Of a stretch of DNA of 64,000 nucleotides, positions 35,597-49,262 are shown piece after piece (position 1 is the first letter of the stretch; each line of letters begins with the position of its first letter). The stretch is from Carcharhinus amblyrhynchos. Taxonomy: Eukaryota. Position numbers and translations under genes: made by a program. Below the pieces are notes generated by a model that was not told where the DNA came from, did not search any database, and worked only from the letters and a program-made list of their open reading frames with translations. The DNA lies in the NCBI GenBank assembly GCA_965287045.1, contig OZ336875.1:16368001-16432000 (forward strand). The letters are read 5' to 3'.

Positions 35597-35700
35597 AGGT
35601 TTTGATAAAGGGTCATCTGGACTCGAAATGTCAGCTCTTTTTTCTCCTTACAGATGCTGCCAGACCAGCTGAGATTTTCCAGCATTTTCTCTTTTGGTTA
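35597..35700 (+). mobile_element. Penelope terminal-repeat fragment with a degenerate hammerhead core
   Basis: TTGATAA-A-GGGTC-atctg-GACTC-GAAA followed by ACAGATGCTGCCAGACCAGCTGAGATTTTCCAGCATTTTCT; related minus-strand copies at about 40160-40256, 42940-43066, 55201-55265/55708-55740 and 60835-60900. Confidence 0.65.
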
Positions 35701-38639
35701 TAAATGCAGGTCTTTTTTTCTCTCACTGGTATTTAATGAAGAGGTTGACCTGCTCATACTAATGAATTGACACCTCTAGTGAAATAGTAGCAAGGGGAAT
35801 CTGATACAAGAACATTGCTGTTCGTCATTTCTGAGCTTATAAACCTTACTAAAGAGTGGCAATTCTTTGAGAACAAACTAATCTTAACTCCAAATAGACA
35901 TATGTCACATTTACTTCCAGTTTATTTAGAATGTTTTAATGAAGACACATTGATTCATTTTGTATATTCTTTCTCTTGAATGCTGTATTGTTAGTTCCCA
36001 GAAAACGTTTATCTTCGACAGTAGAATGGAAATTATGTTTCATTCTGTTGAAATAATAAATATTGTTCCTTGGAACATAATTAAGAGTAAGTACTTGTTT
36101 CATCGAATCACAGATAGAATTCTGAGCAATTTATTCCAGATATTTTCTTTGTTTGAGGAGCGTCTCATGATAGCAAATTCAGCATTTGTTGCCCTTTTTA
36201 TTGCCTCTGAGTGGGTGAGCCACCACCTTGATTTGCTGCAGTCCATTTGTTGTAGGTACAGCTAAGGTGTCGTTTGAAAGGGAGTTCCAGGAATTTGACC
36301 CAGCCACAGTAAAAGAATGGTGACATATTTCCAAGACAGTATGGAAAATGAAGGGGAACTTGGAGGTGCTGCTACAAATACACTACGAATTCCATTTGGT
36401 AGCTACTCACACCATTGTTCTTCCTGGCAAATGTCTGAGGCTGTCATATTTGAATCCAGTATAAATTTCTGACCTTACATACAAACATACAAATTAGGAA
36501 CAGGATTAGGTACATCTGTGTCATAAATAAAGACTACCTAATTGCACCCATCTTCGCTCCTGCTTCAGCTCAATTATTGCTGAAAGTCTCATGCATTGCC
36601 TTGCTATTTATGGACTTGACTATTCCAATGTATTCCTGTCTGGCCTTTCATATTCCACACTCTGTAAACTAGATGCAATTCAAAATCCTGCTACACATTT
36701 ACCCATTCCCACATTTACTGTTTCCCCTTTCATCATTTCTCAACCCTCAAGTTTAAGTGGTTAAGGAATTGTTGGTTAGTCCTGTCGTTCACCAATTTCC
36801 CAGGTGTCTCATTGGCCATCACTACACAGTGAACATATAAAGATGAACGCAAGAACAATGAGCAGACTTATGCCATTTGGCCACCCCAAATCTGCTCTGC
36901 CATTGAATAGGGTCATTGATTGTGGCTTCAACTCCACTTTCCTGTCTGTTCCACTTTCCACCACCTCCCCCCGCCCCCCCCCGCCCCCCACTTCCCCCCA
37001 TAACAATTCATACTTTAAGTGATTTATTGCTTAAAGTGATTCAAACTGAAGGGTTGAGGGGAGGGCGAGTGCGGGGGTGGGGGGGGGGGAGCGGGTGGGA
37101 GGAGCTATCTAACAAATGGGCATGTTGCAAGATGCTTTGGGAAATTAAAATGGCAACAAGAACAGATCCTTATGTAAACAAATATGCGAGTTCTTCTGTC
37201 ATGCCCAAAGGAGTCTACATTTCTTTAGTTACTGTGAAATTTATGTCTTTAACGTTTTCAAGAGAAAATGCGCAACTGTAGATTTTTCTGCAAACCCACA
37301 GCAGTCAAACACAGGGCACATTGTCGCCTTTCAATTTACTGTTAGAGTCCAAAAACAAGGCTTCTATGTAATTATTTCAAGGTATCCTCCATCTCCAGCC
37401 CCTTCTTCCCCCCACACCACCCACTATACGCTATTAAACAAAAGACTGTAGTTAACAGAGCAAATCAAACTGAAGCACCCATAAAATGGAGAAAATAGCT
37501 TGGGTCAAATTTGGCAGGTAAATATTGTGCTCCATCCATCTCCTAAAGGATATAATTACAAGCCACATTAAGAAAACAAATTATGCCAAATTATTTTGGA
37601 GTAATTCATGACAGAAGCATAACGTTAAATCTTGTGGCTTGGGAATTCAGCAGAACATAATAGACAAACCTCTTCTTTCATATGCAGCTGTACATATTAC
37701 TTGGCAGAATTTGAAGAGAATATTAATGAGACGCAATGATTCTGATATTTTTGGATCCTTGGTATTTCCGAAGGTTTGCTCCAATGAGACTTTTTTTGTA
37801 GGAAACAGCATTTGTATTTACAGGGATGATCCTTAAGAGTTTAATTGATAACAATATAAAGATTCATTTACAAAGGGAACTGTTGATAAATGTTTAGCAG
37901 GAGGCTGTTGCTCTAAATGTTTTCAGCTACTGTATTCTGGAGATAAGGAACAAAGCCAAGAAAACCAGCAAGTGGACAGTTGTACCACTGTATTCAATGA
38001 AAATGTGGAATTTCTATTCATATCAGAAATATTTTCCAGGAATTTTATTATTATTTGGAATCTTAATTTTTCTTGCCTCAATTCTTGTAGAAAATTGAAT
38101 TAGCTCCTGCCTGAGGTCAACGATAAAATCCAGGCTGGTTGGAATTCAATGCATTTTCTACCTATTTGTGGGACCTTGCTGTATGCAATTTGAGTGGTGC
38201 AGTGAATATACTTCCAAAAGTGTATAATTGATGATGTGTTTTTTGGGACGTCCTGAAGTTGATCCCTTCTTCACTTCATATCTTTCCATTAATATCATTC
38301 AGTGGTTCCTGAGAAATGCTGTCTCCAACAATCTACCATATGTTTCCACCACCTTTTGTTCACAATGGAGATGAGGCAGCTTGATCCTCTGAAATGCCCA
38401 TTCATCTCAAGTGTCACATGATAAGATTGTTGCATGTCCAAGTGTCACATGCTCAAACCCCCAGCAACTCAAAAATCTCACCCTTCTCTCACAGGAGCCT
38501 GCTGGTGAAATTCAATAATGTTTGAACGTGAAATTGGTTCAGGCCAGTGTCCTGACTTTGTGCCCATTTTAGGCTGAAATGCTTCCTGTAACTTACAGAA
38601 TTTAAACTATTGCCACAGTTTATTTCCAAATTTTGTAAC

Positions 38640-39620
38640 TAAAGAATGTAAGAAAAAGGAGTAGATAGTTTGGCCCTGCAAGCCTACTCTGCCATTCAGT
38701 AAGATCATGGTTGGTCTAATTGTGGTCTCAATTTCAATGTTCCCATCTGCTCCTCCCATAACCTTTGACTTCTTTATCTATCAATCTGTCGATATCAGCC
38801 TGGAATAGATTCAATGACCCAGATTCTCTGGGGTAAGGAATTCCAAAGATTAATAACCCTCTGAGAGAAGAAACAGGGAAGTAATGGTGTAGTGTATTAT
38901 TGCTGGATTAGTAACCCAGAGACTCAGGCAAATGCTCTGGGCACTGGATTTCGAATCCTACCATGGCAGCTAGTGGCAGTTGAGTTCAACAACAAAAGGA
39001 ATATGGAATTACAAACTATTAAGGATCAGAAACTACTACTGATTGTTTAAAAATTCATTCATTTCATGAGTGTCCTTTAGGGAAGAAAATCTGCCAGTCC
39101 TTGTTTGGCTTACTCCAGACCCACAGCAATGTTATTGGCTCTTAAACGCTGTCTCAAGGGCAATTGGAGATGGGCAATAAATTCTAGCCTAGTTCAGCAA
39201 TGCCTCCTTTCTGTAAAAATTAAGTTTTGTAAAAATAAACTCCTCATCTCCGTCTTAAATAACCATATTCTAAAACAGTTAAAATATTTAATATCTATTT
39301 TAAACTCCCTTGTTCTAGAGGAAGGAAAATGTTCTCTTGGCCTTTACCCTGTTAAGCCCCTGTTACCTCCCGCTCGGGCCCCAAACACCCCCCCACTCAC
39401 CCCCTGAGAATCTTACATGTTCCTAAAGGTCATCTCTCATTCTTCTCACCTAAAACTAAGACAGGCTAAATTGCTCAACTATTCCTCATAAAGAGACCAA
39501 AACTGGATGCTGGACTCTGGCTGTGGTATCACCAATGCCCTGTACAGTTGCAGCAAGGCTGCTTCGCTTCTACATTCCATTCACCTTGCTGTAAAGATGG
39601 ACATTCAATTGGTTTTCCTA
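38640..39620 (-). mobile_element. Old CR1 interrupted by a + strand SINE (about 38880-39210)
   Basis: CR1 3' UTR ..CCCTCTGAGAGAAGAAA| resumes |CTCCTCATCTCCGTCTTAAAT at about 39240; the SINE has a TTCGAATCC B box and AAGGGCAATTGGAGATGGGCAATAAA tail. Confidence 0.7.
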
Positions 39621-40979
39621 TTTCCAATCTATGTTCTATTCTAGTCTCTGTTATGTTGAGAGGGATGAGTGTTTTCCCCATTGGGTTAAGAATCCCAGTA
39701 AAAGGTATAATTAATTTTGTGATTGGTTAAGACACTCAACCATGAGGAGAAGGAGTTAATGCAGAATTAGATTTTAGAACTGCAGAAAAATCATGATTAA
39801 ATATTTATTTTACTGCACTGTTGTATCTGAACATCAATAGCAATTAAAGAAATACCAGCAAATCTCATTGCTTACCTCAATCACTGGTGGCCTTCAAACT
39901 TTGCTTTAATTTCAAATGAAGCCCAGAAAAATGGCTGGTTCCAATAACTCTTATTTGTCCATCCATGGAATGTGGACATTGCTGGCAAAATTGGCATTTA
40001 ATGCTCAACCTTAACTACCCAAAGAAAATAGTGATGGGCCTTCTAAAATCATGGGTGAAGGTTGAATGCAACTGAATGATTTCAATGGCAACCAAGAGTC
40101 AACCTCGTGGGTCACAAATCATATGTTGGGTTTTTACCAAAATATAACAACTTCTGTCAAAAACAGAAAATGCTGAAAAATCTCAGCAGATCTGACAGCA
40201 TCTGTGGAAAGGGATTGGAGTCATTGTTTGAGTCTGGATGACCCTTTGTCAGGGCTCTGTCCATTTAGGATATGTCAGAGATGGAGGCAGTGGCTGAGGA
40301 AGAAAATATGGCTGTGAAAGCAAGTTTTGCTAAATATTTTGTCAAACATCAGGAGGGAAATGGAAAAACAGAAAATGCTGAAAAATCTCAGCTGAATTCC
40401 CAGCAATTTCTATTTTTGTTTCGGATTCCAGCATCTGCATTTTGTCTTCATCTAACAACTTTATGGTTGTTTGTATTTATAATAGTTTGTTATTTCTAGA
40501 TTTATGCAAGACTGAATTTAAATTCTGAATCTGCAGTGATCGGATTTGAATTTATATTTTGCATGTTTGATCTTCAGATCTTTAGATTACTAATCAAGTT
40601 GCATAACTACTGTACCTTGGTACTTTTGTTTGAAAGGGCTAAACTAGTACTGCAACAAAACAAAGACAGGAACATTCAAGTGTTTAGAATTTATTATTTC
40701 CACATTAAACATTGCACCATAGATTTTTTTTTGTCAAGAGCATCCTCTTGATTTGTGAGATTCTGCAGGGCAATTCTCCCTTAGCTCTGAGAACCATGCA
40801 CAGTGATTTAAGTCGACAGTGAATTATACTGATGGAAACGCTTCATGGTGAGTGACAATGGGTTAGGACAAGAGACACACACACTGAGGGATACAGCTTT
40901 CCACTTCATAAAGCAGGCAGCAGTACTCTTGTTCTATGTTGCAAGGTGGAGCTGGAAAGAGTCTGTGTTGGCTAGATTG

Positions 40980-41147
40980 ATGTTGAGATGCCGGCGTTGG
41001 GCTGGGGTAAACACAGTAAGAAGTCTCACAACACCAGGTTAAAGTCCAACAGGTTTACCCGATGAAGGAGCAGCACTCCGAAAGCTAGTGGCGTTTGCTA
41101 CCAAATAAACCTGTTGGACTTTAACCTGGTGTTGTGAGACTTCTTAC
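40980..41147 (+). mobile_element. Penelope-derived hairpin mini-element with a hammerhead-like loop
   Basis: 12 bp TSD TTGGCTAGATTG (40968-40979, 41148-41159); perfect 43 bp inverted repeat 41015-41057 / 41106-41148 enclosing CCGATGA-A-GGAG-cagca-CTCC-GAAA. Confidence 0.85.
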
Positions 41148-43204
41148 TTGGCTAGATTGTACAGGTAATCAGAGAATACTGCCGGATATACTTTTGCAAG
41201 TACTGCAAAGGAATGCAAAGTATGTGAGGAATTGCACTCATGTGGAACCTACAGTATATTAAGCAACCAGCCCGTTTTTGGCAAGTTCTTATTTATGAAA
41301 ATGTGCTTTCTTACAGTTATTAATGGGAATTTGAGAGTGACATGTTAAAAATAAATCAACAGATTCATCTGCTCAGTCACTCGCACTGATTAGTTTAAAA
41401 TTTGTTTTAAAAAAATCTTATTTTAACTTGCTCAAAACTGAATATATAAACAGAAGATACACTGTAGAAAATTTATTCCTTTCAATAATGTTGTTTCCAA
41501 CAATTTGCATTTATATATGTAGTTTAAAAATATATATATCTCATTAGTTAAAACATCACTGTTACATTTATATACCTATTAATGTTGTAAACCATTCCAA
41601 GGTGCTACACAGGAATATTATCAGAAACATTTGACACAAAGCCCATAAGGAGATATTATAACAGGTGACCAAAAGCTTGGCCAAAGAACCAGGTTATAAG
41701 GAGCATCTTAAGGAGTAAAGAGAAGTAGAAAGGCAAAGAGATTTAGGGAGGGAATTCCAGAGCCTAGGTCTCAGAGTGTGATCTTATGACCTCGACCCAC
41801 TGAGTTTCAGTGAGGTGAGGTGAAAAACGTAGAAAATAGATGCAGGAGTAGGCCATTTGGCCCTTCGAGCCTGCAGCATCATTAAATTCTATCATGGCTG
41901 ATCATGCACTTCAGTATACCACTCCCATTTTATCCCCTGATCCCTTTAGCTGTGAGGGTCACATTGGGCAAGAGGTGAAAAACAAGAAACATGCCCAGTT
42001 TCTTGCCTCCCCTGATCGTACTGGCCCTGTTTTGCCAGTGGGATCAGTTTCATGCACAGGAAGCTAATTTAACTATAAAAGGAAAGTGGAAACTCTGCCA
42101 GGGAGGGGGTGAGGGTGGGGGGAATGATTGGTGGGGATGGGAGAGAGAGAACTGTATGGAAGGGGTGGCAATCGAGATAGGAAACTCTGCCGGGGGGGGG
42201 CGATCGGTTGGAATGAGTGGGGGTCCTGATGGCTGTGGGGGAGTCCTGATGCGCATGGGGACAATGTCTCAATGTCTATGGATGGTGGTGAGTTATGGGG
42301 GGCGGGGGAACAACAGATCTCCCAGTACCCTGGGTGATCAGAGTGTCTGCACAATGCTGCACTAGAGCTCACAGCCGGCTTCCCTAACCTATCCTTCACC
42401 TATCCCCGTTTGTTAGTGTGATGAAGAAAAATGATCAACTGATCACTCTGGGTTGCCTGCATGGGCCACCATAAGCTGACTGCAGAAAACCTTCTTCATG
42501 CCAAATGAGTGTCTGGTCTAGGGGTTCCAAAAGGAGGTCAAATATTAAATTAATAAAAGGTGCGGGGCATAAAAACAAACTAAAAAAGCAACTTTTGGAG
42601 TTACAACGCTCTCTCTTTCAACCACAAAACGAGGTTGAATATTTTTGCCCTGAAGAAGGAACATATTTTCAGGGAGTCTGAAATTCCTGGTTTTGTTCTG
42701 CCAGTGTTAAATTGATGCTGGGCAGTTGGTGGAATTATAGTTGGGCTCCCCCCACCCTACCTTTTAGCCAGGTGCTTGGGGACTGCAGAGTCTCATAAAA
42801 TCCAGCCCTGCCTTTATTATTAGAAACTATTGCCTGAATAAGAGGGATAATGAGAATCAGATGGAAGCAATAATTGGTCTTCATAGCACAAATGGTTCTA
42901 CTGCTTGAACACTAAATGTATTACATGATTCACCAAACAAAATACTGCAGATGCTGGAAATTTGAAATATGAACACAAAATGCAACAAATACTCAGCAGG
43001 TCAGGCAGTATTTGTGGAGAGTGAAAACAGAGTTGAATGTTTCAGTTTGATGACCTTTCATCGGAAATGGAAAAGTTGCAGTTGAAACAGTTTATAAGTA
43101 CAGACAGGAAAAGAGTACAGGAAATACACAACAGAAGGGGAGGTCTGTGATGGGGTGGAGGGCACCCTGAAATGGTAAATTTGCTTCCTAAATTTATTGA
43201 AGTG

Positions 43205-43540
43205 AGGTAGTGCGTAGTGATATTGTCACTGGACTTGTAATCCAGACACTGAGGGTAATGCTTTGGGGACCCAGGTTTGAATCCCACCACAGCAGATGTG
43301 AAATTTGAATTCCATAATTAAAAGTCTAATAATGACTATAAAACCACTGTTGTAAAAACCAATCTGGATCATTTATGGAAGAAAATCTGCCATTTTTACT
43401 TGGTGTGGCCTATATGTGGCCCCAAATCCACAGCAATGTGGTTGACTCTTACATGCCCCTGAAATGATCCAACAAGGGCAATTAGGGATGGGCAATAAGT
43501 ACTGTCTCAGCCAATGGTGTCCACATCCAATGTATAAAAA
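43205..43540 (+). mobile_element. tRNA-derived SINE (same family as 38880-39210)
   Basis: GGTTTGAATCCC B box; AAGGGCAATTAGGGATGGGCAATAA tail. Confidence 0.75.
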
Positions 43541-45129
43541 AGCTCTTTTCAAAATTCATTGAGTGAAAAGAGCTGTCTGCATAAGTTATCCAAGATGAAC
43601 ACATCTTAAGTTAAAATGCTTGTTTTTTCTTTTTTTTCCCTTCTTTGACTTCTTATTCTATCATTTCCCATTTCCCTCTGTTCCTTCCTCCTCAAAGGCA
43701 TTTGTAAATGTAAAAAAAATGAAAATACACATTTATTTCTACTAAAATCTGAAAAGTCACAAAGGAGGAAAGAGTATCACAAAGGCAGACTTTGTTATTC
43801 CAAGTGGGAACTGTGAAATAAGAACCATATAAACATTCTGCACATTGGATGTGGAGACTGAGTAATGCAGTCTGACTAGCAGTATTATATGCAGACATGA
43901 GATTTATGCTTCCTCAGCTCCAGAACAATTGCTTCCTCATGAGTTACACCAGCACAAGCCTCTCTGCAGAGGAACTGATGCAGAGGCAACAGGGTTTGCC
44001 TTTTTGACAAAACACAAGGGCCAGCAGTATTTGACGATTAAACAAATTGAGTCATTGTCTGAAAGATTCTCGTCTTGCTGCTTATTTAATAAATACAATG
44101 TTACAGTGCTGTACGGGTCATGGACAATAGAAAGAGTCAAAGAATCTGACTCGTGCTGAACAAAAGGAATCAAAGGTAATCTCAAATCAAACATTGTTAT
44201 GATACTGTCATGCAGGTGATCTGATTTTACCTGCAGTCTCCTAATCTAACAAAGATCTAAAAAGCATTGACCATGTAATCTACATCACATCTTGGAAGTC
44301 ATTCAAAACAGGACTTGTGGGTTAACAGCAATTTCTACCTTAAATTTGACCCCCCCAACCCGTCCACCCGTATAAGTTAGATGAATCTTAAAGAAAACAG
44401 GATGCTGTTACTTGACATGAGGAAGCAATCACATTAGTTTTTTGACTTAGCTCTGCAGCTGCTGTGTCCCATGCATGCATTCCTCGTCATCACAAAAAAT
44501 TGCACCCTTTCTACTTTTGATTTACTGTGGATCAATTGCATCAATAAAAGCATTGCAGATCTTCCTCGTAAAAGAGGAACTCTTGTATCCTCATGGTGAT
44601 GCCAGATCATGGTAATAGTTTCAGATAGCCAGCTAAGAATTAATAGAAAGAAGAAGAAATATGTGTACTTAATTAGTGCCTTATTATTTTGACAAATGAT
44701 TTGTTTCTCAAAGAGCTGCACACAATGAATAACTCTTGAAACAGAAGCTGATACAGAGACAAACACAGTAGGCGTTTCTCTCCCAGCAGCATCTGAGAAA
44801 TATAAGGAAGTGAATGACAGATTCATTTATTTATATTTGTTGGTTGAAGCGATTATAGCACCAGTGTCTGGGCATTTAATAATTCTTTGACTCATGGACA
44901 ATCTCCTGTAATAAAAAGGAAAAAAAAGACTTGCATTTATAACTCCCTTGGAGTGGCAATTAGTGTCAGGTTGTCATTATGTGCCCAATTATCTACTCGA
45001 TCTTTTTCTTCTAGTCCTATCCTGCACAACATTCTGATCTAGGCAGTGTAGCTCATCCTTGAGGCTCAGTATCAAAGTTCAGCTCTATTGAAATGATGGA
45101 GATCATGATCCCTTTTTTATGATACCAGC

Positions 45130-46212
45130 TGCTGTAAAGTAGATAGGTTAAAGGTTCCATTGATATTGAATGGTCTGAGAGATGGATGACCTAAGTTCAG
45201 GAAACCAGGATGTAGAAGTGATTTGGGTAGTGATGAGCAATGGCAAAGGCAAAAAGTCACTGATGGGAGTTATGTACAGACCACCTTAACAGTAACCATA
45301 TGGTAGGATGGAGCAAAAGAAAGAAATAATGGAAGCTTGTCAGAAAGGCATTGTGATGGCCATAGAAGATTTTAATCTATATATAGACTGGAAAAGTCAG
45401 ATGGCAAATGTAGCTTAGATGAGGAGCTCATAAAATGTTTTCAGGATAGTTTCTCAGAACAGCAGGTGACACTAGACCTGGTATTGGACAACAAGGTGGG
45501 ATTAATTAATGACCTCAAAGTGAAGACACAGCTAGGCAATAGCAAGCATAGTATGATTGAATTTTACATTCAGTTTAAGAGAGAGAGAAGTGGGTCTGAG
45601 ACTATATTTTTAAACTTAAACATAGACAATTATGAGGGCATGAAAGTTGAACTGATTAAAGTGAATTGGGAAAATAGGTTCAGAGATAGGTCAATAGAAA
45701 TGCAGTGGCAAACAGGTTCAAAAATTGGACAGAATATAAGAAATAACAAAGGGTGACTAAAATATTATTAAGGAGGGAAAAATTAAAGTATGAAGGAAAG
45801 CTAGCTAGAAAAATAATACAACAGACAGTAAGAGTTTCCATAAATATTTTTAAAAGAAATGAGTTAACAAAGTGAGCATTTGTCCTATAGAAAGTGAGTT
45901 TGGAGAATTAATAATGGAAAACAAGGAGATGGCAGATGAATTGAAAGGTATTTTGCATAAGTTTTCACTAGAGAGGACACAGATAACAATCCAGAAGCAT
46001 CTTCAAATCAGGAAATGGAAGAGAAGGAGGACTTCAGGAAAATTATAATCTTGGTAAATAGATTAGCTTCTTGGTAAACAAGAGGGTGGTAGGCTTTCAG
46101 GGATAGGGAGAATACAGATTTGAGGTTATAATCAGATGAGCCACAATCTTATTAAATGATAGAGCAGACTTGAGGGGCTGAATGGCTTACTCCTGCTTCT
46201 TGTTTGTATGTA
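45130..46212 (+). mobile_element. Old CR1 with APE/linker remnants, an internal deletion and the 3' UTR
   Basis: GVMYRPP, TLDLVLDN..INDLKVK..LGNSKHSMIEF, EMADEL; 3' UTR AGGGGCTGAATGGCTTACTCCTGCTTC. Confidence 0.8.
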
Positions 46213-47124
46213 AATTGATGTTGGCAGGCCAGGCCCTCGGTGCGAGGGGAGCATAGAGATGTGTTAGGTCAGGCCTACAGAAGGGATGTTGGATTAGGCC
46301 TTCAGGGAGTGGGTGTTGGCCTGGGCTTGCAATGGGGTGGGCAGGGATTGCGGGGTGGGTATGCAAGGGGGTCAGGTTTGGTCAGGCATATGCATGGAGG
46401 GGTTCGGGTCTGGGTGAGGGGTCATATCAGGGAATGGGTGGGGTCAGGTCAGGGAACGGGTTGAATGTGTTAATCTTGGGTTAATCTGGTCAGGTCTGGG
46501 AGGCGGTGGAGGGGAGTCTCTTGAGGGTGGAGGAATTCTGTGGCGGGGGACAAGGAGTTGGTAGGGGTGTCAAAGTATCTGCAAGTGCATGATTTAGCAA
46601 ACTGCATTTTTAAGCTACTTACTTTGTTGGGGACCAGTGTTAGTTCTTGGTTCAACCTCTGAAAGAGTATAAATGGTCACAGCTGGAATAGTTATACTGG
46701 AGATTTTATATCGAGTTTACATCTCTGCCAAGTTGGATTCATAATAAACTAAAGACAAGTTGCTGTATTATTCCTCCATCATATACTAACATTTAATATT
46801 AGCAGGAAGGTGAGGGAGTCCTCTGTGGGTTTGGTCTGGGTCTGGACAATGGTTACTGATATTAGAAAAGGTGTTAATTCTTCTTCCCTTTTCTGGGTAA
46901 ATATTGCTCTAATCCTGTTTAAACTATCTGAAGTTTGCAACTCAAATCGTATTTTTGGGTGGTTCCTAGTGAAGGACAATTGGTTGGCGAAGTTTGCACT
47001 TTGGGGCAATTGCCATGCAATCATTACCTGTGAAGCTCCAAGAAGGGTTCCCCGGTGATTTTTGGGTTACCCCCCTAATTCATGCTGGGAAGTTTGGACG
47101 TTAAAGCCCAAAGTGTTTTGCCTG

Positions 47125-47780
47125 ACCACTGGATGTCTCAAAGCACTTTACAGTCAATATAGTACTTTTTTAAGTGTAGTGACTTCTGTAATATAGGAAA
47201 CACAATAGCCAATATTCACACAAGCTTTCATAAACATCAAACTAGTAATGACTATATGATCTGTCATAATGAGGTTGATTGAGGAATAAGTATTAGTCAG
47301 GACATCAGGGATAACTCCCCTGCTCATCTTTGAAATAGTGTCATCACAGAATTGTTACAATTCAGATGGAAACCATTCAGCCCATTCAGTCTACATAGGT
47401 TCTCCAAATTAACTTTATAACTTATTGCCATTCTCCAGCCTTTTCCATGTACTTTTGCAAATCGTTTATATTCAAATAATCATTCAATGCCCTCTTGAAT
47501 GCTTTGATTGAGCCTGCCACCATCCCACTTCCAGGCAGAGCATTCCAGATTGAAACCATTCGCTGTGTGAAAAGTTTTTTTCTCACATCAATTTCCATCT
47601 TTTACATCTACCTGAGCAGGCAGACAGGATCTCAGTTTAACATCTCATCTGAAAAATGGCACCTCCAATGGTGCAGCACTCCGTTGGTACTTCATGGGAG
47701 TGTCAATGTTTGAGTTTTATGCTCAAGCCCTAGAGTGGGATTTGAATCTGGAACCTTATGACTCAGAGGCAAGAGCATTA
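47125..47780 (-). mobile_element. Deu-domain SINE with an inserted CR1-tail fragment (about 47345-47590)
   Basis: TTTAACATCTCATCTGAAAAATGGCACCTCCAATGGTGCAGCACTCC; head GACTCAGAGGCAAGAG. Confidence 0.65.
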
Positions 47781-48619
47781 GCAGGTGAGTCTTTCTATAC
47801 CAATAGTGCCACATTTCTTTCAATTTCTCATTACAGCAGTTGTATTAAGATCAAGGCATAACACTTTGGACACTGCTGCATTGCTTCAGCTTGCCAAAAT
47901 TGCACATTTCAACCCTCATTGGAAGACGTGCAGTCCTGCCTGTCACTCATGCAACCAGCAGTTTTGCGAAAACCACCAGCTAAACAAAACCACGTTCTTC
48001 AGTTACCATGTCCAGTGTGTCATTCAATTTCCCACAAAATTTTAAGAGCAATCAGACCACTGTCTTTCAGCAAACTGGCTCTGCTTTTTTAGCACTTCAC
48101 AGAAGAGTCCTGCAGATCTAAATATGTTGGCTTTTGGAGGCATTGATAGAGAACAGGAACAAAGGAGATATCAAATGGTGGACCATCTTTTTTGTTTCAT
48201 TGAGCAAGTGGCTCTTCTGCTTCCGATTCACTAGAAACCTGATGACTGAACTATATTCCAATAGTTGCAATCTGATCAATGTGTGACTCCTATCTAACAG
48301 GAACGTGTTGATTCTTCCTTGCTCAATTAAGGATGGATGACAAATAAGGTGTAGTAAATGACACTCATATTCATTCCCATAAATGACACTCGTATTTATT
48401 CCCACTGCAACAACTTTAACATAGGTCAGTATTGTGTGGCTCTAAAAATGAATAGCATCAATTCACCACAGGCTTGTTTTGGACAATATTGTCTCAAAAA
48501 ACAATATGGAGACGTATATTGGTTTATGCCTCTGCATTTAGTGCACAGATTTTTACTGAGCCTTTCTCAAAGAGGAAACTTTTTAACAATTGTTTTATTT
48601 TAGAAAAAATCATTTTTGA

Positions 48620-49262
48620 AATGTATTTATATGGTTTGTCCAGTTCTGTTTCTGGTGAATGGTAACCCCTACAATGTTAATAGTAGGAGATTCAGCAAAG
48701 GTAATGCCATTGAATGCCATGGGGTGATGGTTTGATTCACTCTTATTGGAGATGGTCATTGCATGGCACTGGTGTGGCATGAATGTTACTTGCCCAAGCC
48801 TAAATATTGTCCAGGTCTTGCTGCATTTGGACATAGCTCGTTCAGTATCTGAGGTGGGCAAATAGTTCTGAACTTTGTGCAACCACCTGCAAACATCCGC
48901 ACTTCTGACATTACAGTGGAAGGAAGTTCATTGATGAAGCAGTTAAAAATGGTTGGATCTAGGGTAGTACCCTAAGGCAGTGATGTCCTACAGCTGAGCT
49001 GATTGACCTCCAACATTCATACTGATCTGCCTTTGTGCTAGATGTGACTCCAACTAGTGGAGAGTTCTTCCCTAATTCCCATTGACTCCAGTTTTGCTAG
49101 GCCTCCTTGATGCCCACTTGATCGAAAGGTGCCTAGATGTCAAGAACAGTAACTCTCACCTCACCTCTATAGTTTAGCTCTTTCATCCATATTTAAACCA
49201 AAACTATAATGAATGGCCCTGGTCATACCAAACTGAGAGTCACTGAGCTAGTTATTGCTAAG
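48620..49262 (-). mobile_element. Old LINE RT fragment (same family as 20668-21890)
   Basis: Collinear similarity to about 21290-21890. Confidence 0.75.

Larger units (their letters stand above)
34327..36002. repeat. 125 bp inverted repeat pair (34327-34451 and 35878-36002)
   Basis: Direct comparison gives 123/125 identity in inverted orientation. Confidence 0.95.

Noticed and set aside
34327-36002. 125 bp inverted repeats as TIRs of a 1.7 kb DNA transposon
   Set aside because: No TSD; the interior is a patchwork of unrelated older repeats; the left copy's flanks are themselves copied from 35354-35378.
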